Assembly: GCA_963837465.1 (NCBI GenBank)
Contig: CAWINB010000004.1
Coordinates: 650,853-714,852, forward strand
Origin: Candidatus Doudnabacteria bacterium
Lineage (GTDB): Bacteria; Patescibacteriota; Doudnabacteria; UBA920
Direction: 5' to 3'
DNA length: 64,000 nucleotides
Shown here: positions 1-9,602 of the stretch, piece by piece
Layout: every line of letters starts with the position of its first letter
Numbering within the stretch: the stretch's first letter is position 1
Position numbers and translations under genes: made by a program
The notes under the pieces: model-generated
Database searches by the model: none
Seen by the model: the letters and a program-made list of their open reading frames with translations, nothing else
What the model was told of the DNA's origin: nothing

Positions 1-22
1 AAATTTTCCTACAAAAAGCGGT

Positions 23-1126
23 TTGAGGACTAATTTGGAAGAGGTTGAGTATGTTAGTAAATCAAGGAGTTCTAATTTACTTAATAAGCAAGAAAGAGCA
101 TTTTTATTGCATTTTTTAATGTTACGAGACTTGCTTTTTAATTTGATACAAAAGTATAATTCTCTTCCCGAAACAAATGACGAAAAACAAGCGTTTAAAG
201 ATTTTAATTTATATAATTGGCTACCGGGCCTGGGGGATTCAGAGTATGATAACGAGATTAAATTATCAAGTCCAATAAAAAGTAGAGACACAATTGCTGG
301 TATTGGCGTCGCTCCGATTTCAGGGGCAAATAATTATATTAGTGCTCAAAAGTCTACATTGTCGAATGGAATTTCACAGCCGCCACAAAACACTTCGCCG
401 TCTAGAATATCGGACCCTGCCATATCTTCTGTCACTCCAAAATCAATCCTCTCAAATACCCGCAGTGTTCTGGAAAGCGATAATCAAGACATAGTTAATC
501 TTGGGCCGGGGTTGAGGATGGGTGGTGGCGCGACACAAGTTCCAAGTTCCAAGTTGAAAGTTGAAAGTGGGGAACAGGCTGGTAAAGAGGGACAAATGCC
601 AAATGCCAAATTACCAATTTCAAATGCGGGTTTGCGCGGTGGCAGTGATTTGGGCAACCAATCCAACTACGCCAAGGCTTCGTCGGACAAAATGAAACCC
701 AGCCAAAGGCTGGGTGGTTTGGCAGACTCCAAACTGGAGTTTGAGCCAGGCTTGCTATCCAACAATAGTGTATCAGAAAATAATAAAACCGCCCAGTTAA
801 GGGCGGTTCCAGGGTCTCTACCGGATAATTTAAGACCTGGGTTGACGCTTAACAAAAGCATATCAGAAGCAAAAAATTTGTCAAGTTACCGTTCTTCAGG
901 TGGTGGACCCGGGGGGAGTCGAACCCCCGAAACCTTGGCGTCAACCCAGGCTTCATTCCCGGTACGGGCCCACTCGGATGAATTATACCATAAACAAGGC
1001 AATAATCAAAAATATCCTCAAATTAATGAGGTTTTATTGCCGCCACCTTCAAAGTTGCGGATAAAACAAGCGGATATTGACAGGAAGCTTGAGGAGCTCG
1101 ATAAGAGATTAAGTAAAAATAAGTAA
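23..1126 (+). CDS. hypothetical low-complexity (Ser/Gly/Pro/Asn-rich) protein
   Basis: 367-aa ORF with strong compositional bias and no recognisable catalytic motif. It may be regulated or translated together with the next ORF (28-bp gap). Confidence 0.4.
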   Translation: MRTNLEEVEYVSKSRSSNLLNKQERAFLLHFLMLRDLLFNLIQKYNSLPETNDEKQAFKDFNLYNWLPGLGDSEYDNEIKLSSPIKSRDTIAGIGVAPISGANNYISAQKSTLSNGISQPPQNTSPSRISDPAISSVTPKSILSNTRSVLESDNQDIVNLGPGLRMGGGATQVPSSKLKVESGEQAGKEGQMPNAKLPISNAGLRGGSDLGNQSNYAKASSDKMKPSQRLGGLADSKLEFEPGLLSNNSVSENNKTAQLRAVPGSLPDNLRPGLTLNKSISEAKNLSSYRSSGGGPGGSRTPETLASTQASFPVRAHSDELYHKQGNNQKYPQINEVLLPPPSKLRIKQADIDRKLEELDKRLSKNK

Positions 1127-1154
1127 AATTGTCCAGAGTTAAGTAAAATTACCA

Positions 1155-2330
1155 ATGCAAATGCAACCAGGACAAACAGAAAAACTAAAAATCCTTATCC
1201 AGACTTCCGCTATACTTTCGCCTTCTGAACGCGCGGAATGGCTGGCGCTTTTGGATGTGATGAATGATAAGCAGGTTTTTGAATTGGAAAAGATTCTGAC
1301 AGTGGGTCAGCAGTCATCGGTTAAAGCCGCGGTTCCCGATTTCAGAACAAGCGGGGTTAATTTGCCGCCCCCATCGCTTAGGCAAGTGCCGCATCTGAGC
1401 CATATTTTAAATCTTCCCCAGCACTTAAACCCTTCGGGTGATGCGCTTGCCGCTCCTCCAACTGCTGAGCCTCCCAAAGTTGACAACAAGCCCAAATCGC
1501 GTTTTGGCGAAAAATTAAAATCTATTTTTGCCGAAAAAGAACTGCCGCCCGGCCATGGCGATATTTTGGATTTGCCGGCTCCGCCGACCAAGATTGCGAC
1601 TCCGGGTTCCGCCTTGCCTTCGCGGGATACCGGCGGCGTTGCCGTAGAGAAACCGTCGCTACCCCCGGTTGTGCCAAAGCCAAAAACACCCGCGGCGGCG
1701 CTAAACAATATTTCGGAACCTCCGGTTAAGTTAAATCACCCCGATGTTTTAAATACTACTTTACCCCCGGCAGTGCCTTTGGTGTTTTCCAAACATGCTG
1801 ATAATTCCAAGGTTAATCCCGCGGCAGCCGCCATATTGCAAAAAACGCCGGTTAAGCCTGTTCTGCCCGGGCTTGAGCCTCCGTCCGCCATACCCCCCGG
1901 CCAGAAAAATAATTTGCCGCCCAAAGCCCCGGCGCAAAAGCCCGCGCCCGCGCAGCCCGCGCCGCCGGACGTTTCGGCGCAAAAAAAGCAGACAACGCCG
2001 CAGCCGGCCGTTCACCTTCCGGATGCCAAGCTGGAGCTTGATAAGTTAAGCGACACGGCCTTGTTGGATGTAAAAAATTTGCGGATTTTGGATCCGGAAT
2101 TTTTGGTTAAGCAAATTAAAGCGCTGATTGGCCAAAACGGCTACCACGAGGTCATTTTCAACCTTGAAAAAAGCCCGCTTTACTTAAACTATATCAAGAC
2201 GGGCGCGGAAATTTTAAACGGCCGCGCCGATTTTGAAGCCTTAAGCCAAAAGCCGGAAGCGGAAAGTTATTTAAACAGGCAGGAGTTTGAACGGATGACG
2301 GATTTATTAAGGGCGATTCAAGCGGAGTAA
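1155..2330 (+). CDS. hypothetical proline-rich protein with a small folded C-terminal domain
   Basis: 391-aa ORF. The central region is PPxxP/PAPAQ-rich. No motif recognised. Confidence 0.4.
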   Translation: MQMQPGQTEKLKILIQTSAILSPSERAEWLALLDVMNDKQVFELEKILTVGQQSSVKAAVPDFRTSGVNLPPPSLRQVPHLSHILNLPQHLNPSGDALAAPPTAEPPKVDNKPKSRFGEKLKSIFAEKELPPGHGDILDLPAPPTKIATPGSALPSRDTGGVAVEKPSLPPVVPKPKTPAAALNNISEPPVKLNHPDVLNTTLPPAVPLVFSKHADNSKVNPAAAAILQKTPVKPVLPGLEPPSAIPPGQKNNLPPKAPAQKPAPAQPAPPDVSAQKKQTTPQPAVHLPDAKLELDKLSDTALLDVKNLRILDPEFLVKQIKALIGQNGYHEVIFNLEKSPLYLNYIKTGAEILNGRADFEALSQKPEAESYLNRQEFERMTDLLRAIQAE

Positions 2331-2334
2331 AGAT

Positions 2335-2365
2335 AATATCAAATTACAAATTTCAAATGACAAAT
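2335..2365. repeat. left arm of inverted repeat flanking the 4HB gene (CAAATTACAAATTTCAAAT motif)
   Basis: Reverse-complementary to 2731-2755 (ATTTGATATTTGTAATTTGAAATT). The same motif family recurs at 11382-11488. Confidence 0.6.
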
Positions 2366-2725
2366 GAAAAAAAATTTGACCTTGAAGAGCGGACTGCAAA
2401 ATTCGGGGAATCAACAATTGAGTTTGCGGGATTTATTCCACAAGGGCCTATTACCAACCCCTTAATTAACCAATATGTTAAATCCGGCACCTCAATCGGG
2501 GCAAATTATTGTGAAGCTGATTCAGCAGAATCAAGAAAAGACTTTGAGCACAAAATCGGTATTTGTAAAAAAGAGTCCAAAGAAACCCGCTACTGGTTGC
2601 GTATGATACCAAAAGCCAGACCTGAATTAGACCAAAAGGCCGCGATTCTTTGGAAAGAAGCTAATGAGCTATTATTGATATTTTCCGCGATTATCAAAAA
2701 GTCACGTATTAACGGATCAAAGTAA
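2357..2725 (+). CDS. four helix bundle protein (TIGR02436 / 23S rRNA intervening-sequence protein family)
   Basis: 122 aa with motifs IGANYCEA...SRKDFxHKIGICKKESKETRYWL typical of the family. Flanked by inverted repeats. Confidence 0.7.
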   Translation: MTNEKKFDLEERTAKFGESTIEFAGFIPQGPITNPLINQYVKSGTSIGANYCEADSAESRKDFEHKIGICKKESKETRYWLRMIPKARPELDQKAAILWKEANELLLIFSAIIKKSRINGSK

Positions 2726-2730
2726 TTTAG

Positions 2731-2755
2731 AATTTGATATTTGTAATTTGAAATT
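2731..2755. repeat. right arm of inverted repeat flanking the 4HB gene
   Basis: See left arm (2335-2365). Confidence 0.6.
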
Positions 2756-2781
2756 ATTAATTATGTTATAATTAAGTCGAT

Positions 2782-3237
2782 ATGCAATTTCCCGTGCCAC
2801 AATTTACGGATGTTGAGGATAAAATCATCGGCTCGCTTACGATTAAGCAGTTTGGGATTTTGTTTGGCGTCGGCATTGTCATTTTTTTGGGCTACTCTGT
2901 TTCCAAAAGCATTTTGGTGGCGATATTTTTGTTTTTGTTGTTCGGCGTGCCGGGTCTGGGCGTGGCCTTTGCCAAAATTAACGGCCGGCCCATATACAGC
3001 AGCATAGGCAATTTTATTAAGTTTTTTACCAGTCCCAAAGTCCTGATTTTTCACAAGGAAACTGTAAGTTCGTCGGCATCGACTGCCGCTTTTAAAGACG
3101 CCCAAATGGCCGCGGCCGAAGTAAAAGTCCAGGCTCCTGTTCCGGCCGAAAACACCCAAACGCATCTTAAACAAGTGGAGGAGCTCCTGAGAAAAACATC
3201 AAACCAGGAACAGGAAATGGCTAATAAAATCCGTTAG
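2782..3237 (+). CDS. PrgI-family protein (T4SS/conjugation-associated small membrane protein)
   Basis: N-terminus MQFPVPQFTDVEDKIIGSLTIKQF followed by two TM helices. Matches the PrgI family as found next to VirB4 in Gram-positive and CPR T4SS loci. Confidence 0.6.
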   Translation: MQFPVPQFTDVEDKIIGSLTIKQFGILFGVGIVIFLGYSVSKSILVAIFLFLLFGVPGLGVAFAKINGRPIYSSIGNFIKFFTSPKVLIFHKETVSSSASTAAFKDAQMAAAEVKVQAPVPAENTQTHLKQVEELLRKTSNQEQEMANKIR

Positions 3238-3270
3238 AATCAGGAGTTAGGAATTATGAGTTAGGGTCCT

Positions 3271-3317
3271 CCCTAACCCCTAACCCCTAACCCCTAACCC
3301 CTAACCCCTAACCCCCT
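3271..3317. repeat. tandem heptamer repeat (CCCCTAA)x~6.5, telomere-like, preceded by hairpin GTTAGGG-TCCT-CCCTAAC
   Basis: Direct reading of the sequence. Lies in the 83-bp gap between prgI-like and virB4-like genes. Confidence 0.95.
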
Positions 3318-4004
3318 CTGATGAAACTAGAAATGCAAAAGAAAAATAAGGCGCCCGGGAAAACCACCCAGAGTTTTTTGCGCTTAAGCGAAATTAAAAA
3401 CGATACCGTGGTGGTGGACGACGGCACTTTGCGCGCCATTATTTCCGTTTCCAGCACCAATTTTGATTTAAAAAGCCAGGATGAGCAGAATTCCATCATC
3501 TTTAACTTCCAGCGTTTTTTAAACTCCCTGGATTTTTCCATCCAGATTTTAATGCAGAGCCGCAAAATGGAAGTCGGGAGCTATATTGAAAAACTCCACC
3601 GTTTGGCGGAAAAACAGACTAACGAACTGCTTCGGGTGCAGACGGCCGAATATATAGAGTTCATTAGCCGCCTTATTGAGAATGCCAGCATTATGAACAA
3701 AAATTTTTACATTATTGTTCCGCTTGGCGAAAGCATTTTTCCCAACGCCGCGGGTTTGTTTAGCCGGCTTTTGGGCAACGGGAAATCAAAGGAGATTAGC
3801 CAGAAAATAGAGAACTTTGAAAAGGCCAAGGAAAAATTGGACACCAGGGTGGTGGCGTTAATGTCCAATTTGTCGGGAATAGGCATCCGCGGCCAGCGGC
3901 TTAAAACCGAGGAAATTATCCAGCTCTATTACAACTCCTATAATTTTGAAGAAGCTCCGCTGGTGGATCCTGGGCAGCTTAAAGATATAAAAATCTCCGA
4001 ATAG

Positions 4005-4487
4005 TTATCAGGATACTGATATACCGATATGAATACGAATGATACCAATAATACGGATTCTAACAACCAACGCGGTGAATTAATTCATGGGGATTTAACA
4101 TATAAAATTAACAGTGTATTATTTTCTACCCACAATGAACTTGGTCCTTACGTCAGGGAAAGCAATATGAAGATGTGGCAAAAAGAATATTTAAAGAAAA
4201 AGGCATTGGTTATGAACAACAGGTTTCTATCGGCGATTCAGGTAATATAGTAGACGGCATTATTGATAAAAAGGTTCTTATTGAATACAAGGCCAAAAGG
4301 ATATTAACTAAAGAAGATTATTATCAAACCCAAAGATACCTTCAGGAAACCGGTTTAAAACTCGCTATTTTAGTCAATTTTAGAGATAAATATATTAAAC
4401 CCAAACGGATTATAAAAATAGATAACTGGAAATATTAGAATCAGTATTATTGGTATCATCTGTATCTTATCCGTATATTAGCATCAT
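4005..4487. mobile_element. 483-bp insertion in virB4 carrying the GxxExxY gene, bounded by inverted words GATACCAATAATAC (about 4050) and GTATTATTGGTATC (about 4450)
   Basis: virB4 N- and C-terminal parts are contiguous in homologues. The inverted repeats were read directly. Related repeat words also occur at 52840-52958. Confidence 0.5.
4029..4438 (+). pseudogene. GxxExxY-family protein (PD-(D/E)XK-like) gene, frameshifted, inside the insertion that splits virB4
   Basis: ORF 4029-4250 (LTYKINSVLFSTHNELGPY) and ORF 4175-4438 (YEDVAKRIF...IEYKAKRILTKEDYYQTQRYLQETGLKLAILVNF) together reconstruct the family consensus. The frames differ near 4160-4175. Confidence 0.6.
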
Positions 4488-6359
4488 ATGTCCATATTCA
4501 GTAAAATCAACGAAGAAGAATTAAAGAAAAAGAAGGAGCAGGTCAGCGAGGCCGAGACCGAGCGGAACTTGAGTTCTTCTTTGGGGGATCTGGAAAAAAC
4601 CTATCGCGAAGGCTTGACTACCCTAAAGGATATTATCGCGCCTTCGGCCCTGAAGTTTGAAAGTTCCCACTTTGAAATTAACGGCAAGTTCGGCCGCAGT
4701 TTTTTCGTGCTGGCTTATCCGCGCTTTTTGTCCAGCAATTGGCTGTCGTTTATTATCCAGGCCGAGGGAGCTTTGGATTTGTCCATGTTTATTTATCCCA
4801 TTGATTCCGCCGACATCCTGAAAAAACTCAAGAGCAAAGTCGGTGAAATCGGCTCGCAAATGTCCATTAACCAGGAAAAAGGCATGGTGCGCGACCCGAT
4901 GCTGGAAACCGCTTACAAAGATGTGGAAAGTTTGCGCGACAACCTCATGCAGGGAACGGAAAAATATTTCCGTTTCGCGCTTTACTTTACCATTTACGCC
5001 AACGACTTAAAGGAGCTGGACAAGTTTTCCTCCACTTTGGAAAGTTCTTTGGGAGCCAAACTTATAGTAACCAAGCGCGCGCTTTTGCAAACGCAAAACG
5101 GCCTTAACTCCAGTCTGCCTTTGGGGCTGGATGAACTGGACGTGGCCAACAATATGAACACCGGCCCGCTGTCTTCCTGCTTTCCTTTCGTGTCTTCCGA
5201 TTTAACCAGCAATGACGGAATTTTATACGGCATCAACCGCCACAATAACAGCCTGATTTTGTTCGATCGCTTTGCCATGGAAAACGCCAATTCCGTGGTG
5301 TTTGCCAAGTCCGGGGCCGGTAAATCTTACGCCGTCAAACTGGAAGTTTTGCGCTCGCTTATGGTGGGTACGGACGTTATTATAGTGGACCCGGAAAACG
5401 AGTACCAGCATTTGGCTTCGGCCGTGGGCGGGACTTATTTGAGCGTGTCGCTGAATTCGGAATTCGCGCATCAACCCTTTTGATTTGCCCACGGGCCTTG
5501 AGGGCGAGGACAGCGCCGATATTTTACGCAGTTCCGTCATCAATCTTTTGGGCTTGCTTAGTCTGATGCTGGGAAAACTTGACCCTACGGAAGAAGCGCT
5601 TATGGACAAGGCCATTTGGCAAACCTATGCCAAAAAAGACATTACGCCGCAACTGGAAGATTTTAAAGGCATAGAGCCTCCGACCATGAACGATTTGATA
5701 GAAATTTTAAACGGCATGGTCGGCGCCGAAAGCCTGGCCCAGCGCTTGTTTAAGTTTACCCAGGGTACTTTTGGCGGCTTGTTAAACCAGCCGACCAACG
5801 TGGTGCTGAACAATCAACTTGTAGTATTTAGCATTCGCGATCTGGAAGAGGAACTGCGGCCGATTGCCATGTACATTATTTTAAATTATATTTGGAATAT
5901 TGTGCGTTCGGAATTAAAGCGCCGAATCCTGGCCGTGGACGAGGCCTGGATTTTAATGCAGCACGAAGATTCGGCCAGGTTTTTGTTCGGCATTGCCAAG
6001 CGCGCGCGCAAATATTACCTGGGCCTGACCACCATTACCCAGGACGTGGCCGATTTTCTGGCCAGCCCGTACGGCAAGCCTATTGTCACCAACTCATCCA
6101 TCCAAATGCTGCTTAAGCAGAGTCCGGCGGCCATTAACGTTATCGCGGAAACGTTTTTTTTAACCGAGGGCGAAAAATACCTGCTGCTGGAAAGCGAAGT
6201 CGGCGAAGGCATCTTTTTTGCCGGCCTCAAGCACGCCGCGATTAAAATTTACGCCTCCTACGTGGAAGACCAGATTATCACCACGGATCCCAAACAGTTG
6301 CTGGAGATTCAGGAGAGCCAGGAGAAGTTGAATTAAATTCATGGATATGACAGATGCCA

Positions 6360-6393
6360 CTGTTTTCACAGACGCGCGCGTCTGTGAAAACAG
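6360..6393. repeat. 34-nt perfect palindrome CTGTTTTCACAGACGCGC|GCGCGTCTGTGAAAACAG
   Basis: Direct reading. Lies between virB4 and the giant downstream gene. Confidence 0.9.
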
Positions 6394-6399
6394 GGTTGT

Positions 6400-9300
6400 T
6401 TGTCTGTCCGTGAATTATTTTTTATGGCGGAAGAAGATTCACAATCAAATATAGGCGTAGCCGATGGGCAAGAAGATGCTGTTAGGTCTGACAAACAACC
6501 AGCCGCGTCTAAAAAATTTATCCCATTGTCGGGTAAACCGCAAATTGTCAGATTGGGGGAAAGCTTTTTGGGCGGCCGGGTGTTAATTGTTAATGTTACA
6601 GTTGGCGGCGAGCCTCTTAATAATGGCATCAAGGTTTATAAAGATTCCGAGATTATTTTTACCGGGCGGGGTTTGGATAATTTAGATTTTTGGGAAGTCA
6701 GCCGGGAGGGGCGCGACTCTCTGCCTTTTACCCGTTTTAGAACAAAAAGTCCGTCCTTGGCTGTATTCAGCCCGCAAGACGCGCTTGGCGCTCTGGAAAA
6801 CGGCGAGAGTTTCGGTATTTCTTTTTTTTCCAGCAAGTACGGCGGGACGATGCGCACATTATCGGCGCTTTTTACTTACGAAACCGAGGAAGCGGACGAA
6901 GAAGCCGCCCGGAAGGCTAAAGCCGCGCGGGCGGCGGCGGAGGCGGCGCAGTCGGAGGGCGGAGGCGGAACTTTGGGTATTTCCCAGTTGATTGATGAAA
7001 GCATTGGCGGGGTGGCTAACGCGGTTGGGAGGGGGTTGCGGAGTTCGGCGAGGTCGGCGGTTTCCGGGACCGCAGGGGCTTACGCTGCCGGTTCTCAAAC
7101 TGTCAGCCAAAAATCAACCACGGAAAGTGCCGGAGGTGGAGGGTATGATGAGGAGACAGCCCAAGTCTCAACCGTAAACGTTCCTTCATCTACCATTGAA
7201 GCTTCTTCGGCGGGCACGCGGGTTGTAAGCCAGTCAGGAACTGTGGGCGGGTCACGCGGCGCGGAGATTACTTCTTCGGGTACGGTTTCAGGGTCGGGTG
7301 GCGGTACAATTTCTTCTTCGGGTACGGTTGAACCGCGAACTCGGGTAGGTGCAACTGCCCAGGTTAGTTCAGCGTCCGGCGGCGGACAAACTTTTGGCGG
7401 CGGGACTGTATCTGCCGGTGGTACGGCATCGGCTCAGGCATTTGTGGAAGCCAGGGTTTCGGGATCAGCTTCGGGACAAGCTTCCGGCGGCGGGCAAGTA
7501 TCGGCTTCTGTTTCAGGCGGGGGCGGAGTTTCATCCGGCGGCGGCGGAAATATTTCCGGACAGGCTTCGGTTCAAAGCGGCGGATCCCAAGCCGCATCGG
7601 CGCGGCCGGTTTCGCAAGGTCTCCAGGGAGGGGGAATATCGTCCGGGCGTCAACAGACAGCGCAGGCTCAGTCAGCCGGACAAAACGCCGGCCAGCAGGC
7701 ACAGACAGTGTCTCAAAATCAGGGCGGGCGGGCAGGATCAACAATTTCCGGCACAGCGCAAACAGCCGTTCCTTCTTTTTCATCAGGGACAAACTTAAAG
7801 ACACAAATAGGTGGCGCGGGCGCAACTTCTCCGGCTGTGCCTAAAAGCCGACCTTTGGCATCGGGAGCACCAGCCACGCCTTTGGGTAGTTTACCGCAAA
7901 ATTTTTCGGGTGCCTCGGGAACTTTTCAGCCCGGTTTAAATTTAGGCGCCAGCACACCCGTGGATGGCATCGCGGTAAACCCTCCCGCGGGCATGGAAGG
8001 CACTTTGAATAAGTTTTTTGAAAACCAGTCGGCTTTGGGCAGGTTAGATTTGGGGCCTGCCGAGAATCAAAATCATGAAATTCAGGGTCAGGAAAGTTCT
8101 TTGCCGGACGGGGAGAATGTAACAGAATCATCTGGATCTCCTGCCTCCGATGGCCAGCCGGAAATTTCAGGCTCCCCGGAAACCGAGCCGGATGTCGCGC
8201 CGCCTTTGTCCGAAGCGGGACTTCCGGGCGAAGGCGCGGGTGGCGAAGGTCAGGGTGGTCAGGAAGGCGCGGTCGATTCGGGGGATTCGGGGTCAGGAGC
8301 TCAATCAGGAAATTCGGAGCCGGGAGCGAAAGGGGGATTGAATGGTCAAACAGAAGGCGGCCAGGGAGGCCCGCCGGATAAAAATGCTCCGACCGGAACA
8401 AAGCCGCCGGGGCAAAATCCCGAAGCGACCGGGGCGCCTGACGCTGCCGTTCCGGGACAGCAGCCCGCCGCGGAGGGAGCCGCTCCGGATTCGGCCGAAG
8501 CAGACGCTTTAGCAGGACCTGAAGCAGACGGGGAAGCGGGAGCTGGCGCGGGGCCCGAGGGAGCCGCCGCGGCAGGGGCCGCGCTTTCCGGCGGCGGGCT
8601 TGATGCCGCCGCCGCGTTGGTCAACACGGAAGTAAATAGTCTTCTCACTGCCGCGGCTTTATGGGTCTGGGGATCGGGGATAGTCAGCTGCGGTTTTACC
8701 ATTGTGCTGGGGGCGCTAGTTGGGGATTTTCTCGTGCTGATGAAGAAGCGGTTGGCCAAAAGGGCTGTCAGCGCGCTTTCGGTAACCAGTTTAGGCGCTG
8801 GGATGAAACTGGCTTCATTTTCAAATGACCAACTGGCGGAAAAAATTAAGTTTAATCTGCCGGTTAAGGCCAATATCGCGGCGATGAACGCGGTAGTGGC
8901 AGTTATGATTTTTGGGGCAATATTTTTTTTCGGTGTGGTGTTATACGCCGGCTGTACCTGGCCGTTGGGCCAGTTCATCAGTTCGGCAACCAATTTTAAA
9001 GCCTCCATTATCGGCGGAATGGGTTATTCCAATGTTTGCCAGGATTTTTTATCGTTCCCCGCCGGACTCAGCGGCGCGGCGCAGGGAGCGACTACTGCCG
9101 GACCGGGTGCGCCATCTCCGAGTACTTCGTCTTCCAGGACTTGCAATGTTTTACCTTCCGGCAATGCCAGCGTGGCGCAATTATCTACTACCTGCTTTGG
9201 CGCTAACGCCTACACCGCCGCTGTTGTTGCGGCGCACGAAAGCGGCGGTACTCCGGGTATTGCCAGCGGTACGGATTATTGCCGTAATCCGGATGGTAGT

Positions 9301-9591
9301 CCGGTAATGATAAACGGTAAAATAGCCTCTGTCTCTTTTGGTTTGTTTCAAATTAATATTACCGCGCATCCTCTTGGAAATTTAAATTGCCCCACTGCTT
9401 TTAGCAACCTTTACACCGGCAGTAATAAGCAATGCCAGATTACAAACCCGAACCTTTACAACCAATGTGTTGCCGCGGCTGAAGACCCCCAGCAAAATAT
9501 CCAGGCCGCCTGCCAAATTTCCAACAATGGTACCAAATGGAGCGCTTGGCAGGCCGATATTAATGCCTGCAATATAAATCCAGGTTCATAA
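6400..9591 (+). CDS. giant secretion-system-associated membrane protein: Gly/Ser/Ala-rich low-complexity N-terminal half, TM helices, C-terminal lytic-transglycosylase-like (SLT/VirB1-like) domain
   Basis: 1063 aa. TM segments lie near residues 735-760 and 800-830. The C-terminus reads AHESGGTPGIASG...SVSFGLFQIN, cf. the SLT E-S...G-L-M-Q motif. The true start may be the ATG at 6424. Confidence 0.55.
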   Translation: MSVRELFFMAEEDSQSNIGVADGQEDAVRSDKQPAASKKFIPLSGKPQIVRLGESFLGGRVLIVNVTVGGEPLNNGIKVYKDSEIIFTGRGLDNLDFWEVSREGRDSLPFTRFRTKSPSLAVFSPQDALGALENGESFGISFFSSKYGGTMRTLSALFTYETEEADEEAARKAKAARAAAEAAQSEGGGGTLGISQLIDESIGGVANAVGRGLRSSARSAVSGTAGAYAAGSQTVSQKSTTESAGGGGYDEETAQVSTVNVPSSTIEASSAGTRVVSQSGTVGGSRGAEITSSGTVSGSGGGTISSSGTVEPRTRVGATAQVSSASGGGQTFGGGTVSAGGTASAQAFVEARVSGSASGQASGGGQVSASVSGGGGVSSGGGGNISGQASVQSGGSQAASARPVSQGLQGGGISSGRQQTAQAQSAGQNAGQQAQTVSQNQGGRAGSTISGTAQTAVPSFSSGTNLKTQIGGAGATSPAVPKSRPLASGAPATPLGSLPQNFSGASGTFQPGLNLGASTPVDGIAVNPPAGMEGTLNKFFENQSALGRLDLGPAENQNHEIQGQESSLPDGENVTESSGSPASDGQPEISGSPETEPDVAPPLSEAGLPGEGAGGEGQGGQEGAVDSGDSGSGAQSGNSEPGAKGGLNGQTEGGQGGPPDKNAPTGTKPPGQNPEATGAPDAAVPGQQPAAEGAAPDSAEADALAGPEADGEAGAGAGPEGAAAAGAALSGGGLDAAAALVNTEVNSLLTAAALWVWGSGIVSCGFTIVLGALVGDFLVLMKKRLAKRAVSALSVTSLGAGMKLASFSNDQLAEKIKFNLPVKANIAAMNAVVAVMIFGAIFFFGVVLYAGCTWPLGQFISSATNFKASIIGGMGYSNVCQDFLSFPAGLSGAAQGATTAGPGAPSPSTSSSRTCNVLPSGNASVAQLSTTCFGANAYTAAVVAAHESGGTPGIASGTDYCRNPDGSPVMINGKIASVSFGLFQINITAHPLGNLNCPTAFSNLYTGSNKQCQITNPNLYNQCVAAAEDPQQNIQAACQISNNGTKWSAWQADINACNINPGS

Positions 9592-9602
9592 TTTCAGCTT
9601 TT

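Larger units (their letters stand above)
3321..6336 (+). pseudogene. virB4: VirB4/TrbE/TraE-like type IV secretion ATPase, disrupted. Fragments are 3321-4004, 4488-5483 and 5485-6336.
   Basis: N-terminal domain (DDGTLRAIISVSSTNFDLKSQDEQ). Walker A in the middle fragment (VVFAKSGAGKSYAV). The conserved INPFDL motif is only readable after removing one copy of a 7-bp tandem duplication at 5453-5466. A 483-bp insertion (4005-4487) separates the first two fragments. Confidence 0.75.

Noticed and set aside
1795-2049. Arg/Lys-rich 84-aa ORF
   Set aside because: It is an alternate frame of the proline-rich coding region (CCG/CCC codons read as Arg) and lies inside the 1155-2330 gene.
3271-3317. Telomeric heptamer array as eukaryotic contamination or chimeric join
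   Set aside because: It is embedded within 83 bp between two bacterial co-directional genes. The same heptamer unit recurs at a second bacterial locus (25887-25923).
3271-3317. Heptamer array or other repeats as a CRISPR array
   Set aside because: There are no spacers and the units are only 7 bp. No repeat-spacer architecture or cas genes exist anywhere in the window.
7349-8401. Long overlapping ORFs on both strands (for example 7364-7825 minus, 7841-8401 minus) inside the 1063-aa gene
   Set aside because: They are Arg/Pro-rich translations of a GC-rich, Gly/Ser/Ala-coding low-complexity region. Such regions stay open in all frames, and the ORFs have no starts with an RBS.
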